Positions 43,763-54,113 of a DNA stretch of 64,000 nucleotides are shown piece after piece. Every line of letters starts with the position of its first letter. Positions within the stretch are counted from its first letter, which is position 1. The notes beneath the pieces are model-generated. The model searched no databases. It had not been told where the DNA came from and saw only the letters and a program-made list of their open reading frames with translations. The position numbers and the translations under genes were made by a program. This stretch comes from Eubacteriales bacterium. GTDB taxonomy: Bacteria; Bacillota; Clostridia; Oscillospirales; CAG-382. Location of the stretch: NCBI GenBank assembly GCA_028702135.1, contig JAQVPJ010000010.1:3114-67113 (forward strand), in the 5' to 3' direction.

Positions 43763-46213
43763 TTATATAAATAATGACATATCGGATTCTTCCGCATTCG
43801 CAAGCATTGCCGCAGCTCCTGATAGTTTTACGCCGTCGATCAGCTCTGACGGATGGATCCCCATAATGTCCATGCTCATCGAGCAGGCTATCAGCTCAAC
43901 GCCGCTTTCCTGTGCTTGTTTGAGAAGAAACTCAGGACTGTCTACGTTTTTCGCTTTCATGACACTGCGGATCATTTTTGCACCCATACCACCCATATTC
44001 ATTCTTGAAATCGGCAGCTTCTTTATCCCACGAGGCATCATTATACCGAACATTTTCGATAAGAAATTCTTTTTTACTTTTACCTTTTCGGGACGCCGGA
44101 GAATATTTAAACCCCAGAACGTGAAAAACATGCTGACCTTTCTTCCCATCGCGGCTGCTGCGTTGGCAATAATCAGGGAAGCGATCGCCTTATCCAGATC
44201 TCCCGAGAATACGATAATATTTTTATTTTCCTTATTCGTACCCCCCGTTTCAGGTTGTTTTATACCCTTTTGTACTTTAGCAACGCTGACCCCCTTGTTG
44301 CTTTCCATTCCCAAAAAGACATTTCCGGTCCTGCGGCAGAAACCCTCAAGGTCGCTCGCAAATGCGGGGTCCGTGGTGGATATTTCGATAATATCGCCTA
44401 TATTTGCTCTGCTTAATGCTTCGGACAGTTTTACAATCGGCCCTGGGCATTGAAGTCCGCAGGCATCGAGTGAGATCGTATTTTTATCTGTTGTTGCTGT
44501 ATTGTTGACTATCTGTGTTTCGGGATTGACAAAGTTCATTGTCGGTTTAGGTGAATGTGTCCCGAAAATCGAGTTATAGAGCCTGTATCCTCCGCTGAGG
44601 TTATAGGCATTATACCCGTTCTGAATTAAAATTCTCGTCGCTATATATCCGCGAAGACCTATCTGACAGGTTACATAAACATCTTTTTTCCTGTCTATTT
44701 CCGAAAGCCTTTCCCTCAGACTGTCGAGCGGGATATTGATAAAGCCATCGATATGACTGTTTTGATACTCGATCGGCGTGCGTGTGTCGAGCAGAGTTAC
44801 ACTGCCGTCCCGCGGGAGCTTTTCAACATCGTGCCAATGAAAATTCCTGATTCTGCCCGAAAGGATATTTTCTATAACAAAACCTGCCATATTGACGGGG
44901 TCCTTTGCAGAGCCGTAAGGCGGTGCGTAGCATAATTCAAGTTTTGCCAAATCATATGCTGTCATACCGCCGCGTATAGCGGTTGCAATAACATCGCATC
45001 GCTTGTCGGTCCCGTCATACCCCACAATCTGCGCACCGAGTATTTTCCCCGTATCTTTTTCAAAAATTGTTTTGATGGACATATTAACGGCCCCGGGATA
45101 ATAGCTTGCATGATTTGCCGAGTATGTGAAGGATTTGTCATAATCGAGGCCTGACCGCTTTGCTGTTTTTTCATTCACGCCGGTGGAGGCAACCGTGAGA
45201 TCAAAGGCCTTTAATATCGACGAGCCTTGTGTTCCGGTATACGCGCTGTTAAGGCCGCATATATTGTCGGCTGCAATTCTGCCCTGCTTATTCGCGGGGC
45301 CGGCAAGCGGAACGGATACTTTATTTCCCGTAACGAAATCCGTGACCAGAACGGCGTCTCCGACCGCGTATATATCTTTTTCGCTCGTTTGCATATGTTC
45401 GTCTGCGATTATATAGCCGCGTTCGTTAAGAGCTATTCCTGCCTCTTTTGCGATTTTAGTTTCGGGGCTTACTCCTGCAGCCATTATCATCATATCCGCT
45501 TCAGTTATACCGCTGTTGGTAGCTAATTTTAAAGAAGTACCGTCGTCGATGATAGAGCGTACTGTATTGCCGAGCAGCAGCTTTACTCCCTTAGACTCGA
45601 CATGTCTGTGCACGTCGCTGGCCATATCATAATCAATAGTGCCGATGAGCTGGTCTGCCATTTCGATTATAGTAACCTCAATACCGGCTTTATGCAGATT
45701 CTCCGCCATTTCGACGCCGATAAATCCTCCGCCGACCACAGCGGCACGCCTCGGCTTTTTGCTGTCTATAAATTCCTTAATTCGAAAAGTATCGGGAATA
45801 CTGCGAAGGGTGAACACCTTGTCGGAATTTATCCCGTCAATATTCGGCAATATGGGTTTTGCGCCCATTGATAACACCAGCTTGTCATATGACTCCTCAT
45901 AAGTTCCGTCTGTGGAATGGTTTCTGACCGTAACTGTTTTTGTTTTTACATCAATAGCGATAACCTCGCTGTTAATGCGTACATCCACATTAAAACGCGT
46001 TCTGAAACTCTCCGGTGTCTGAAGAGTGAGTGAGGATTTATCCTTTATCTCACCGCCGATATAATAGGGAAGTCCGCAATTCGCATATGAAATATACTCA
46101 CCGCGCTCAAACATCACGATAACGGCAGACTCATCCAACCTGCGCAGTCTTGCCGCCGCTGTTGCGCCGCCTGCAACTCCGCCGATAATCAGCACCTTTT
46201 TTTGGCTATTCAT
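43763..46213 (-). CDS. CoA-disulfide/persulfide reductase-type flavoprotein fused to rhodanese, TusA-like and DsrE-like domains
   Basis: GGVAGGATAA with redox Cys in SYANCGLPYY. There is a second Rossmann fold (VVGGGFIGVE). The rhodanese loop is VTCQIGLRG. The TusA motif is LDACGLQCPGPIVKL. A C-terminal DsrE/F-like domain follows. Confidence 0.8.
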   Translation of the reverse strand: MNSQKKVLIIGGVAGGATAAARLRRLDESAVIVMFERGEYISYANCGLPYYIGGEIKDKSSLTLQTPESFRTRFNVDVRINSEVIAIDVKTKTVTVRNHSTDGTYEESYDKLVLSMGAKPILPNIDGINSDKVFTLRSIPDTFRIKEFIDSKKPRRAAVVGGGFIGVEMAENLHKAGIEVTIIEMADQLIGTIDYDMASDVHRHVESKGVKLLLGNTVRSIIDDGTSLKLATNSGITEADMMIMAAGVSPETKIAKEAGIALNERGYIIADEHMQTSEKDIYAVGDAVLVTDFVTGNKVSVPLAGPANKQGRIAADNICGLNSAYTGTQGSSILKAFDLTVASTGVNEKTAKRSGLDYDKSFTYSANHASYYPGAVNMSIKTIFEKDTGKILGAQIVGYDGTDKRCDVIATAIRGGMTAYDLAKLELCYAPPYGSAKDPVNMAGFVIENILSGRIRNFHWHDVEKLPRDGSVTLLDTRTPIEYQNSHIDGFINIPLDSLRERLSEIDRKKDVYVTCQIGLRGYIATRILIQNGYNAYNLSGGYRLYNSIFGTHSPKPTMNFVNPETQIVNNTATTDKNTISLDACGLQCPGPIVKLSEALSRANIGDIIEISTTDPAFASDLEGFCRRTGNVFLGMESNKGVSVAKVQKGIKQPETGGTNKENKNIIVFSGDLDKAIASLIIANAAAAMGRKVSMFFTFWGLNILRRPEKVKVKKNFLSKMFGIMMPRGIKKLPISRMNMGGMGAKMIRSVMKAKNVDSPEFLLKQAQESGVELIACSMSMDIMGIHPSELIDGVKLSGAAAMLANAEESDMSLFI

Positions 46214-46376
46214 AATAAACCTCCCATGAATATGATTTTATATAATATAGTATATCCTTTTTTATGTCGTCGCTCTGTAACCGAATCACATTATCAATAA
46301 AAAAAGTTGTGCTTTTTCAATAAAAAACAGTTCTGTTTCAGATAAAAATCAGGTAAGTTTTTCGCATAAATTCTGC

Positions 46377-46429
46377 TTGACAATTTGACATAGTTATAGT
46401 ATACTAACTTTAGTTAGCAGGGGCTAACT
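46377..46429 (+). promoter_or_regulatory. feo promoter overlapped by interlocking CTAACT/AGTTAG inverted repeats (candidate metalloregulator operator)
   Basis: TTGACA (46377-82), 17 nt, TATACT (46400-05). CTAACT-tt-AGTTAG lies at 46404-46417. AGTTAGC-aggg-GCTAACT lies at 46412-46429. Confidence 0.5.
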
Positions 46430-46469
46430 CTATCATATAAAAAGAAGAATCTTAACGCCAAGGAAAGGA

Positions 46470-46724
46470 ATGGACATTAACATGACTCTCAACAAGCTTG
46501 CGGTCGGCAAAACCGCCACAATAAAAAAAGTAGGCGGAGAGGGTGCATTGAGATGCAGGCTTCTGGATATGGGGCTTATCCCGAAAACAAAAGTTTTTGT
46601 AAGAAAGGTCGCGCCTATGGGAGACCCGATTGAAGTAAGAATCAGGGGATATGAGCTCACCATCCGTATGGAGGACGCAGAAAAAATAGAAATAGATGAT
46701 ATCGAAAACGGGAGGGAAGGGTAG
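46470..46724 (+). CDS. feoA: Ferrous iron transport protein A
   Basis: 84-aa SH3-like FeoA (LNKLAVGKTATIKKV...RLLDMGLIPKTKVFVRKVAPMGDPIEVRIRGYELTIR). It lies directly upstream of feoB. Confidence 0.85.
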   Translation: MDINMTLNKLAVGKTATIKKVGGEGALRCRLLDMGLIPKTKVFVRKVAPMGDPIEVRIRGYELTIRMEDAEKIEIDDIENGREG

Positions 46725-46729
46725 GAAAA

Positions 46730-48820
46730 ATGATATTCGCCTTAGTCGGAAATCAGAATAGCGGCAAAACCACATTGTTCAATCAGCTTACCGGTTCAAA
46801 CCAGCGTGTCGGTAACTTTCCGGGTGTAACTGTTGAGCAGAAAATGGGAGAAATAAAAACAAATAAGAACTGCACCGTGGTCGATTTGCCCGGGATTTAC
46901 TCGCTTCGTCCCTTCAGCAGCGAGGAGATAGATACCCGTGATTTTATTTTGAACGAAAAGCCCGACGTAATAATAAATATCATTGATGCTACTAACATAG
47001 AAAGAAACCTGTACTTAACTCTTCAGCTGCTTGAAATGGAGATACCCATGGTTCTCGCATTGAATATGATGGACGAGGTAAGGAACAACGGTGGAACAAT
47101 CGATGTGAAAAAAATGTCGGAAAAGCTCGGAATTCCGGTTGTTCCGATCTCCGCGGCCAAAAACGAGGGCGTGGATGAGCTTGTAAAAACAAGCATTTAT
47201 GCAGCAAAAGGGTGTCACCGAGCTAATAAAAAAAGCATTTATGCAGCAAAAGGGTGTCACCGAGCTAATAAAAACAAGCATTTATATAACAAAAAGAAAA
47301 TATATCCTAAGATTATCGATTTCTGCGACAGCGGCCCCGTTCACCGCTGCATACATGCTGTTTCTCACATGATAGAGGATTATGCTGAAAATGCAGGGGT
47401 TTCGGCTCGTTTTGCTGCAACGATGCTCATAGAAGGTGATGAAAGTATCATAAAAAGGCTCAAAATCGACGAAAACGAACTTATCACTACTGAACATTGT
47501 ATAATAGTTATGGAAGCCGAGCATATGATGGACAGGAACTCTGCTTTGGCTGATATGCGTTATACCTTTATCGAGAAGGTTTGCGCGGAGACCGTTACAA
47601 AAATTCCCGAGAGCAAAGAGCATATACGGAGCGTAAGGATAGACAGGGTTTTTACAAATAAATACCTTGCAATACCGCTTTTTATCGGAATAATGTTAGC
47701 GGTTTTCTGGCTTACCTTCGGTGTGATAGGAACCTTCCTTTCCGATATGCTTGCTATGGCGATTTCGGAACTAACCGTTTTTGTCGAATCGGGTTTGGAA
47801 GCATACGGTATTAACCGGGTCGTGCATAGTCTTATCATCGATGGAATTTTTGCAGGTGTCGGAAGCGTTCTCAGCTTTTTGCCGATAATAGTGACTTTGT
47901 TTTTCTTTCTGTCCATACTTGAGGACACCGGATATATGGCGAGAGTCGCTTTCGTTATGGATAAGCTGCTGCGTAAAATCGGGCTTTCGGGAAGGAGCTT
48001 TGTGCCGATGCTCATAGGCTTCGGCTGTACTGTTCCTGCGATTATGGCTACAAGAACGCTGCCTTCAGAGCGGGATAGGAAAAGAACAATTCTTCTTACG
48101 CCTTTTATGAGCTGCTCCGCAAAAATTCCGATTTACGCTGTATTTACCGCCGCATTCTTTACAGAATATCAAGCTCTTGTTATGATATCTTTATATGTAA
48201 CCGGGATAATATTCGGCATTTTAACCGCGGTTATTATTAACAAGACAGGTTCAAAGGGGAAACCGGTTCCGTTTGTTATGGAACTGCCCAATTATCGGCT
48301 TCCGTCATTTAAGAGTGTGGTGTTGCTGATGTGGGAGAGGGCAAGGGATTTTTTGCAAAGGGCATTTACGGTCATTTTCGTTGCGACGATAGTAATCTGG
48401 TTTTTGCAGAGCTTCGACCCGAAACTGAACGTAGTAACAGATCCCGCAGACAGTCTGCTCGCAATTATCGGAAAAACACTATCGCCACTGTTCGTTCCGT
48501 TAGGTTTTGGCGACTGGAGAGTGTCAACATCCCTGATTGCCGGAATAAGCGCAAAAGAGGCGGTAATAAGCACCCTGAGCGTTCTTACCGCAACCTCAGT
48601 CGACAAGCTGAGCGCTACTCTCGGCTCTCTGTTTACCCCTTTATCTGCAATCAGCTTTTTAGTCTTTACGCTGTTATATACCACCTGCATCGCGGCTGTT
48701 ACGGCAATGAAACGAGAGCTGAAATCTGCGGCAAAAGCGCTGTTGATTGTAATAATGCAATGTGTTATAGCTTATGTGGCATCACTTGTTATATACCAGA
48801 CAGGGAGTGCTATTTTCTAA
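46730..48820 (+). CDS. feoB: Ferrous iron transporter B, carrying an in-frame 14-aa tandem duplication
   Basis: G-domain GNQNSGKTTLFN, DLPGIYSL and NMMDE, followed by a polytopic permease domain. The linker contains the duplicated SIYAAKGCHRANK(K/N). Confidence 0.95.
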   Translation: MIFALVGNQNSGKTTLFNQLTGSNQRVGNFPGVTVEQKMGEIKTNKNCTVVDLPGIYSLRPFSSEEIDTRDFILNEKPDVIINIIDATNIERNLYLTLQLLEMEIPMVLALNMMDEVRNNGGTIDVKKMSEKLGIPVVPISAAKNEGVDELVKTSIYAAKGCHRANKKSIYAAKGCHRANKNKHLYNKKKIYPKIIDFCDSGPVHRCIHAVSHMIEDYAENAGVSARFAATMLIEGDESIIKRLKIDENELITTEHCIIVMEAEHMMDRNSALADMRYTFIEKVCAETVTKIPESKEHIRSVRIDRVFTNKYLAIPLFIGIMLAVFWLTFGVIGTFLSDMLAMAISELTVFVESGLEAYGINRVVHSLIIDGIFAGVGSVLSFLPIIVTLFFFLSILEDTGYMARVAFVMDKLLRKIGLSGRSFVPMLIGFGCTVPAIMATRTLPSERDRKRTILLTPFMSCSAKIPIYAVFTAAFFTEYQALVMISLYVTGIIFGILTAVIINKTGSKGKPVPFVMELPNYRLPSFKSVVLLMWERARDFLQRAFTVIFVATIVIWFLQSFDPKLNVVTDPADSLLAIIGKTLSPLFVPLGFGDWRVSTSLIAGISAKEAVISTLSVLTATSVDKLSATLGSLFTPLSAISFLVFTLLYTTCIAAVTAMKRELKSAAKALLIVIMQCVIAYVASLVIYQTGSAIF
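47185..47285. repeat. 42-bp tandem duplication (~2.4 copies) inside feoB
   Basis: The unit aaaaacaagcatttatgcagcaaaagggtgtcaccgagctaat repeats with period 42. One junction difference is seen. Confidence 0.9.
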
Positions 48821-48832
48821 GGAGGTTTTTTT

Positions 48833-48973
48833 GTGAATATATTTGATTATGCGTTGATTGTTGTTATTGTTTTATGCTTTTCCGCAGCGGTGATAAGCCT
48901 CAGACACAGGAAAAAAAAGAGTGGCTGCTCCGGTTGTTCGGGTTGTTGCTCTGACTGTTCGCGGTATGGGTAA
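48833..48973 (+). CDS. FeoB-associated Cys-rich small membrane protein (46 aa; absent from the ORF track)
   Basis: GTG start 7 nt after the RBS ggagg. Translation: VNIFDYALIVVIVLCFSAAVISLRHRKKKSGCSGCSGCCSDCSRYG. This gives one TM helix and a CxxC-rich tail. It begins 12 nt after the feoB stop. Confidence 0.65.
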   Translation: MNIFDYALIVVIVLCFSAAVISLRHRKKKSGCSGCSGCCSDCSRYG

Positions 48974-48996
48974 GAAAGAAATTCGTAGAATCAAAA

Positions 48997-49035
48997 AGAA
49001 GCAGAGGACACTTAATCGTATTCTGCTTCTTTTTT
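48997..49035. terminator. Bidirectional terminator between the feo operon and the convergent methyltransferase gene
   Basis: agaagcaga pairs with tctgcttct. An A-run precedes the hairpin and TTTTT follows. Confidence 0.75.
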
Positions 49036-49133
49036 ATTTTGGCTCTGTCACAATATATAGTTGATTTTCTGCGATTTATTTCAGGGCATAACAGTCATAT
49101 AAATAAATTAGAATTTGAAAACTTCTTATATGC

Positions 49134-49784
49134 TCATTTTTTGCACAAGCAATGTAATATTATCCCATCTTCGGGCTCATATATTTCTCCCTCTTCACAA
49201 AGTATAACGGAAAATCCTGCATTTTGAGCATAATTTATAAGCTCTTCGGGCAAAAATGTTTCCCAATAAATTTCGGCATTTGCATATGGATAAAACTTTC
49301 CGCCATTTGTATATTGCTTATAATATTCCATCTCATATCTGTAATCATGACCAGAAAAACTTAGCAAACCATTTTTCTTAAGAACACGTTTGCACTCATT
49401 CAAAAAGTCAATCTTGTATGTATCCCCATACATTATGCCAAATGTCTGTGCCCATATAATAACCACATCAAATGAGTTGTCGTCAAATGAAAACGTATGC
49501 CCGTCATAAATCAAGAACGGAATGTTATAGCCGTTTTGCAAAGATAATTGCATAACTTGCTTAATAACTTCTTCTGAAATATCAATGCCTGTAATGGAAA
49601 ATCCCTTGTCGGTAAGTGCAAATGCTTCTCTTCCCATTCCACAGCCGATATCAAGGATTTTTGCTTCTTTAGGAAAAAATTCAGCAACTGCCTGCTCCCA
49701 TTTTTTGAGTTTTCCTTTGTTCCAATGAACCATCTCATCTACATTTATTTTATCCACATACCACTGATGCACAATATCCTTCAT
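49134..49784 (-). CDS. Class I SAM-dependent methyltransferase
   Basis: Motif I ILDIGCGMGREA, followed by an acidic residue in TGIDIS and FDVVIIWAQTF. Confidence 0.8.
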   Translation of the reverse strand: MKDIVHQWYVDKINVDEMVHWNKGKLKKWEQAVAEFFPKEAKILDIGCGMGREAFALTDKGFSITGIDISEEVIKQVMQLSLQNGYNIPFLIYDGHTFSFDDNSFDVVIIWAQTFGIMYGDTYKIDFLNECKRVLKKNGLLSFSGHDYRYEMEYYKQYTNGGKFYPYANAEIYWETFLPEELINYAQNAGFSVILCEEGEIYEPEDGIILHCLCKK

Positions 49785-49844
49785 GATATATTCACCTCAC
49801 AAAAAATAATCTGAAGTTCAAAACTACCCGATAAATTTCTGTTT

Positions 49845-50565
49845 ATGCTACTAATGGCATTGTCTTACTATGGGACATGGTTCTACACTTGTCGGATGAT
49901 GTACTTGACAACGAAAATTTCAAGAGGATATTTTTCTTCTCATACGTCGTTTCTTTGGCTTAGTTTACGAAATTGCGCTAAACCAAATAGTTGTTGAGAT
50001 ACTTCGTAGAAACGCCTTTAAATGGGTTCAGAAAGAGTTTCAGTTCACTGTTATAAGCGTTCATGCGCTGAATGTTGCAAATGCTTCTCTTCTCTCTGCC
50101 ACCCTTTAATTGCACCAGATTAAACGTGTTTTTAGTGGCAAAACGGATATAAGAATTCAATTTATCCGTGCAGAGAGTGGATTTCGGGTTGAATCGGTCG
50201 TTAAAAACAACATGGAGGGCTTTAGTTGATAACCTTCCCAAATTGGACACCTTACTGATAGAATGACCATTTCTGTCGATTGCACAAGGGACGCAAACTT
50301 TCTCATACGAAATACCATGTACATGGACATCCTCGCCCCTCTTATGAGCCTTTCTGGGCATTGTTATGGTTTCCTTTATAAGAGATGTTAAAAAATGTCT
50401 CATCTGCTTCTATGATACCATTTATTCTCACAGAGTTCGCCATGTTTTGAAGAACGTCGAGAATCTTGTGCCTACACGCAAAAGCAGTGTTCTTGTGGAT
50501 GCCACAGTATTCCGCTGTTTTACGTAAGGACTTACCGTTTTTTGAAATATGGGTTTATATTATAA
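49845..50565 (-). mobile_element. Degraded IS1595-family (ISXO2-like) transposase pseudogene
   Basis: Minus-strand frames read ...SLRKTAEYCGIHKNTAFACRHKILDVLQNMANSVRINGIIEADETFFNISYKGN..., then a frameshift, ...HGISYEKVCVPCAIDRNG...LCTDKLNSYI...KGVSTKYLNNYLV, then TAG where W is expected, then NFVN, then TAA, then AKETTYEKK. The N-terminal zinc-ribbon part is missing and no inverted repeats were identified. Confidence 0.65.
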
Positions 50566-50627
50566 CGTGTTTTTGAATATAAGTCAAAGAAATCGACAAT
50601 CATCAACATTTTGTTGTGACAGAGCCT

Positions 50628-51224
50628 TTATTTTTCGTTATTTTCATGGGCATGGATGATATTTTCCGCTATTTCCCTTCGCTTTACACAGGTGTCCATA
50701 GCTGACCTTTCTATGTAGCGGTGAGCCTGTGACTCGCTCATAAAATGATGTTCTATCAGTATCAGCTTGGCTCTGTTAATTATTCTTATGTCCTCCATTC
50801 TGCTCTCAAGCGAAACCGACTTTTTATGAATGGAGGCTATTTTCGTTACTGCTGCAGTCAATAGTTTCATCGACTGTATTATAAGCTGTTTTGACGCTGG
50901 TTTTTGAAGGGTCAGGATTCCTGCTTTTCCGACCATGACGGATATCTGGTCGTACAAATCGCCGCTTACAAGCAATAAAATACCGATAAAATCATTTTTT
51001 GCAGCATCAAGTGCCAAATCTACTCCCAGCTCATCTGTCAGCGGTGTATTGATGAGGACGATATCTATTGATTTGTTTACAAGAATCCGTTTTGCCTCTC
51101 CTGCATCGTAAACGGTTTGTACCGACCTGAAATTCTCATCCGAAAGTATTCCGCTTATATATCCGGCACCCTTCAAAGAGCCTGAAACTATCAGTACGTT
51201 GATTGCATCATTCTCCGCGAACAT
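50628..51224 (-). CDS. ANTAR-domain RNA-binding antiterminator with a pseudo-receiver N-domain
   Basis: C-terminal ANTAR (IINRAKLILIEHHFMSESQAHRYIERSAMDTCVKRREIAENI). The receiver-like N-domain lacks the acidic pocket: VLIVSGS where DD is expected, and DIVLINTP where the phospho-Asp is expected. The KP motif is kept. Confidence 0.8.
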   Translation of the reverse strand: MFAENDAINVLIVSGSLKGAGYISGILSDENFRSVQTVYDAGEAKRILVNKSIDIVLINTPLTDELGVDLALDAAKNDFIGILLLVSGDLYDQISVMVGKAGILTLQKPASKQLIIQSMKLLTAAVTKIASIHKKSVSLESRMEDIRIINRAKLILIEHHFMSESQAHRYIERSAMDTCVKRREIAENIIHAHENNEK

Positions 51225-51256
51225 ATCATCCCTCCCGACTTTAATAAAAGCATCGG

Positions 51257-52459
51257 TTATTTATACAGGCCGATATACATATCGGGCAGCACAGACCTGA
51301 CAAAAGCGCTGGATTCAGCTTCTTTTATGGCCTCACTGAGGCTTGAGGGCAGGGTTTTTAATTGTTCGGTAATGCTCTTATCCGCAAAAAGCAGATTTGT
51401 GTTGACGGGCCCGGTGAGTCTCAGACCTCTCTTTATGCCGTCAAGCCCGGCATAAATCAATAGTGAATAAGCGATAAAGGGGTTTGCCATCGGATCGGGG
51501 GAACGAACCTCGATCCGGCGAGACGGGCTGTTTGAGACGGGAACACGGATTAACTGAGAGTGGTTCTCGTGCGACCAGGAAATGTATTTCGGTGCTTTTT
51601 TCTCTCCAAGCCTCAGGTATGAGTTCTCGCACGGGTTTAAAAATGCGGTTATTTCACTTATATGCTCCATTATTCCCGCTATAAAGCCATCTGTATAATC
51701 TACGCCCTGCGTGCTGTTGACAGAAATACTTATATGCATTCCGTTGCCGCTCTTACCCTCAAGCGGTTTCGGAGAAAAATCAGCGTAAAGACCGTTCCGC
51801 ATCGCTATAGTTTTTACAACCATCCTGAAGGTCGTCGCATTTTCTGCTGCCGTTAAGGCAGCCGAGTGTCTGTAATCAATTTCATTCTGACCCGGACCCT
51901 CCTTGTGATGAGAACATTCCGGGTATATGCCCATATCCAGAAGCGAAAGGCATATTTCACGGCGGACATTCTCGCCCTTATCCTCGGGCGCTATATCCAT
52001 ATACCCTGCGTTGTCGAAAGGAATCTTGGTCGGCTCGCCGTTTTCATCGAACTTGAAAAGGTAAAACTCAAATTTTGAGCTGAAAAGACAGGAAATTCCC
52101 ATGTCATTGGCGGTACGGACAGCTTTTTTTAATATAAAGCGCCCGTCCTTTTCAAAAAAACTGCCGTCGGGATATTTTATGTCACAAAACATCCTTATAA
52201 CCCTGCCTGTGGATGGTCGCCAGGGGAGGATGGATATGGTAGAAGGGTCGGGATGCAGAAAAAGGTCGGATCTGACCTCTGCGTTAAAACCGTTTACGGC
52301 AGAAGCGTCAAAAGCGATTCCCTCGGTAAAGGCACGGTGAAGCTCATCGGGCATTATTGATATGTTTTTCTGCTTTCCGTTAATGTCGCAGAACGCAAGC
52401 CGGATGAACTTGACATCCTCCTCTTTTACATAAGTCATAACCTCGTCATAAGTATACAT
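51257..52459 (-). CDS. glnA: Glutamine synthetase (GlnA family, short ~400-aa form)
   Basis: An N-terminal beta-grasp (VKFIRLAFCDINGKQK) is followed by the catalytic motifs HHKEGPGQNEID and KPLEGKSGNGMHIS. Confidence 0.85.
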   Translation of the reverse strand: MYTYDEVMTYVKEEDVKFIRLAFCDINGKQKNISIMPDELHRAFTEGIAFDASAVNGFNAEVRSDLFLHPDPSTISILPWRPSTGRVIRMFCDIKYPDGSFFEKDGRFILKKAVRTANDMGISCLFSSKFEFYLFKFDENGEPTKIPFDNAGYMDIAPEDKGENVRREICLSLLDMGIYPECSHHKEGPGQNEIDYRHSAALTAAENATTFRMVVKTIAMRNGLYADFSPKPLEGKSGNGMHISISVNSTQGVDYTDGFIAGIMEHISEITAFLNPCENSYLRLGEKKAPKYISWSHENHSQLIRVPVSNSPSRRIEVRSPDPMANPFIAYSLLIYAGLDGIKRGLRLTGPVNTNLLFADKSITEQLKTLPSSLSEAIKEAESSAFVRSVLPDMYIGLYK

Positions 52460-52542
52460 CGGTATTCCTCCTTAAAATCAGGAAAGGTATTCATTCGGAA
52501 AAGGAAAAACCTTAACAAATGAACACCGTTGCTCATTTACTA

Positions 52543-52571
52543 ATTATACCTTTTTATAACTTTTTTGTCAA
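52543..52571 (-). promoter_or_regulatory. glnA promoter
   Basis: Minus strand: TTGACA (52571-52566), 17 nt, TATAAT (52548-52543). Confidence 0.6.
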
Positions 52572-52597
52572 TTATTTGAAAAAAGATTTTTATTGTA

Positions 52598-52626
52598 TTG
52601 ACAAGAACACAAAAGTAGTGTATAAT
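52598..52626 (+). promoter_or_regulatory. gdhA promoter
   Basis: TTGACA (52598-52603), 17 nt, (tg)TATAAT (52621-52626). Confidence 0.6.
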
Positions 52627-52638
52627 TACACTATATAA

Positions 52639-54051
<1,413 letters not shown>

Positions 54052-54067
54052 GCTATTAACAAAACAA

Positions 54068-54106
54068 AAAAATCAGATTTTTCCGTTTTTGGTAAAATCT
54101 GATTTT
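54068..54106. terminator. Bidirectional terminator between gdhA and the Dlt-like operon
   Basis: aaaatcagattt pairs with aaatctgatttt, with A- and T-runs flanking on both sides. Confidence 0.75.
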
Positions 54107-54113
54107 ATTTTTG

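Noticed and set aside
46992-48846. Multiple ORFs of 70-170 aa on both strands and frames inside feoB.
   Set aside because: All overlap the strongly supported feoB frame and lack motifs. They are shadow ORFs.
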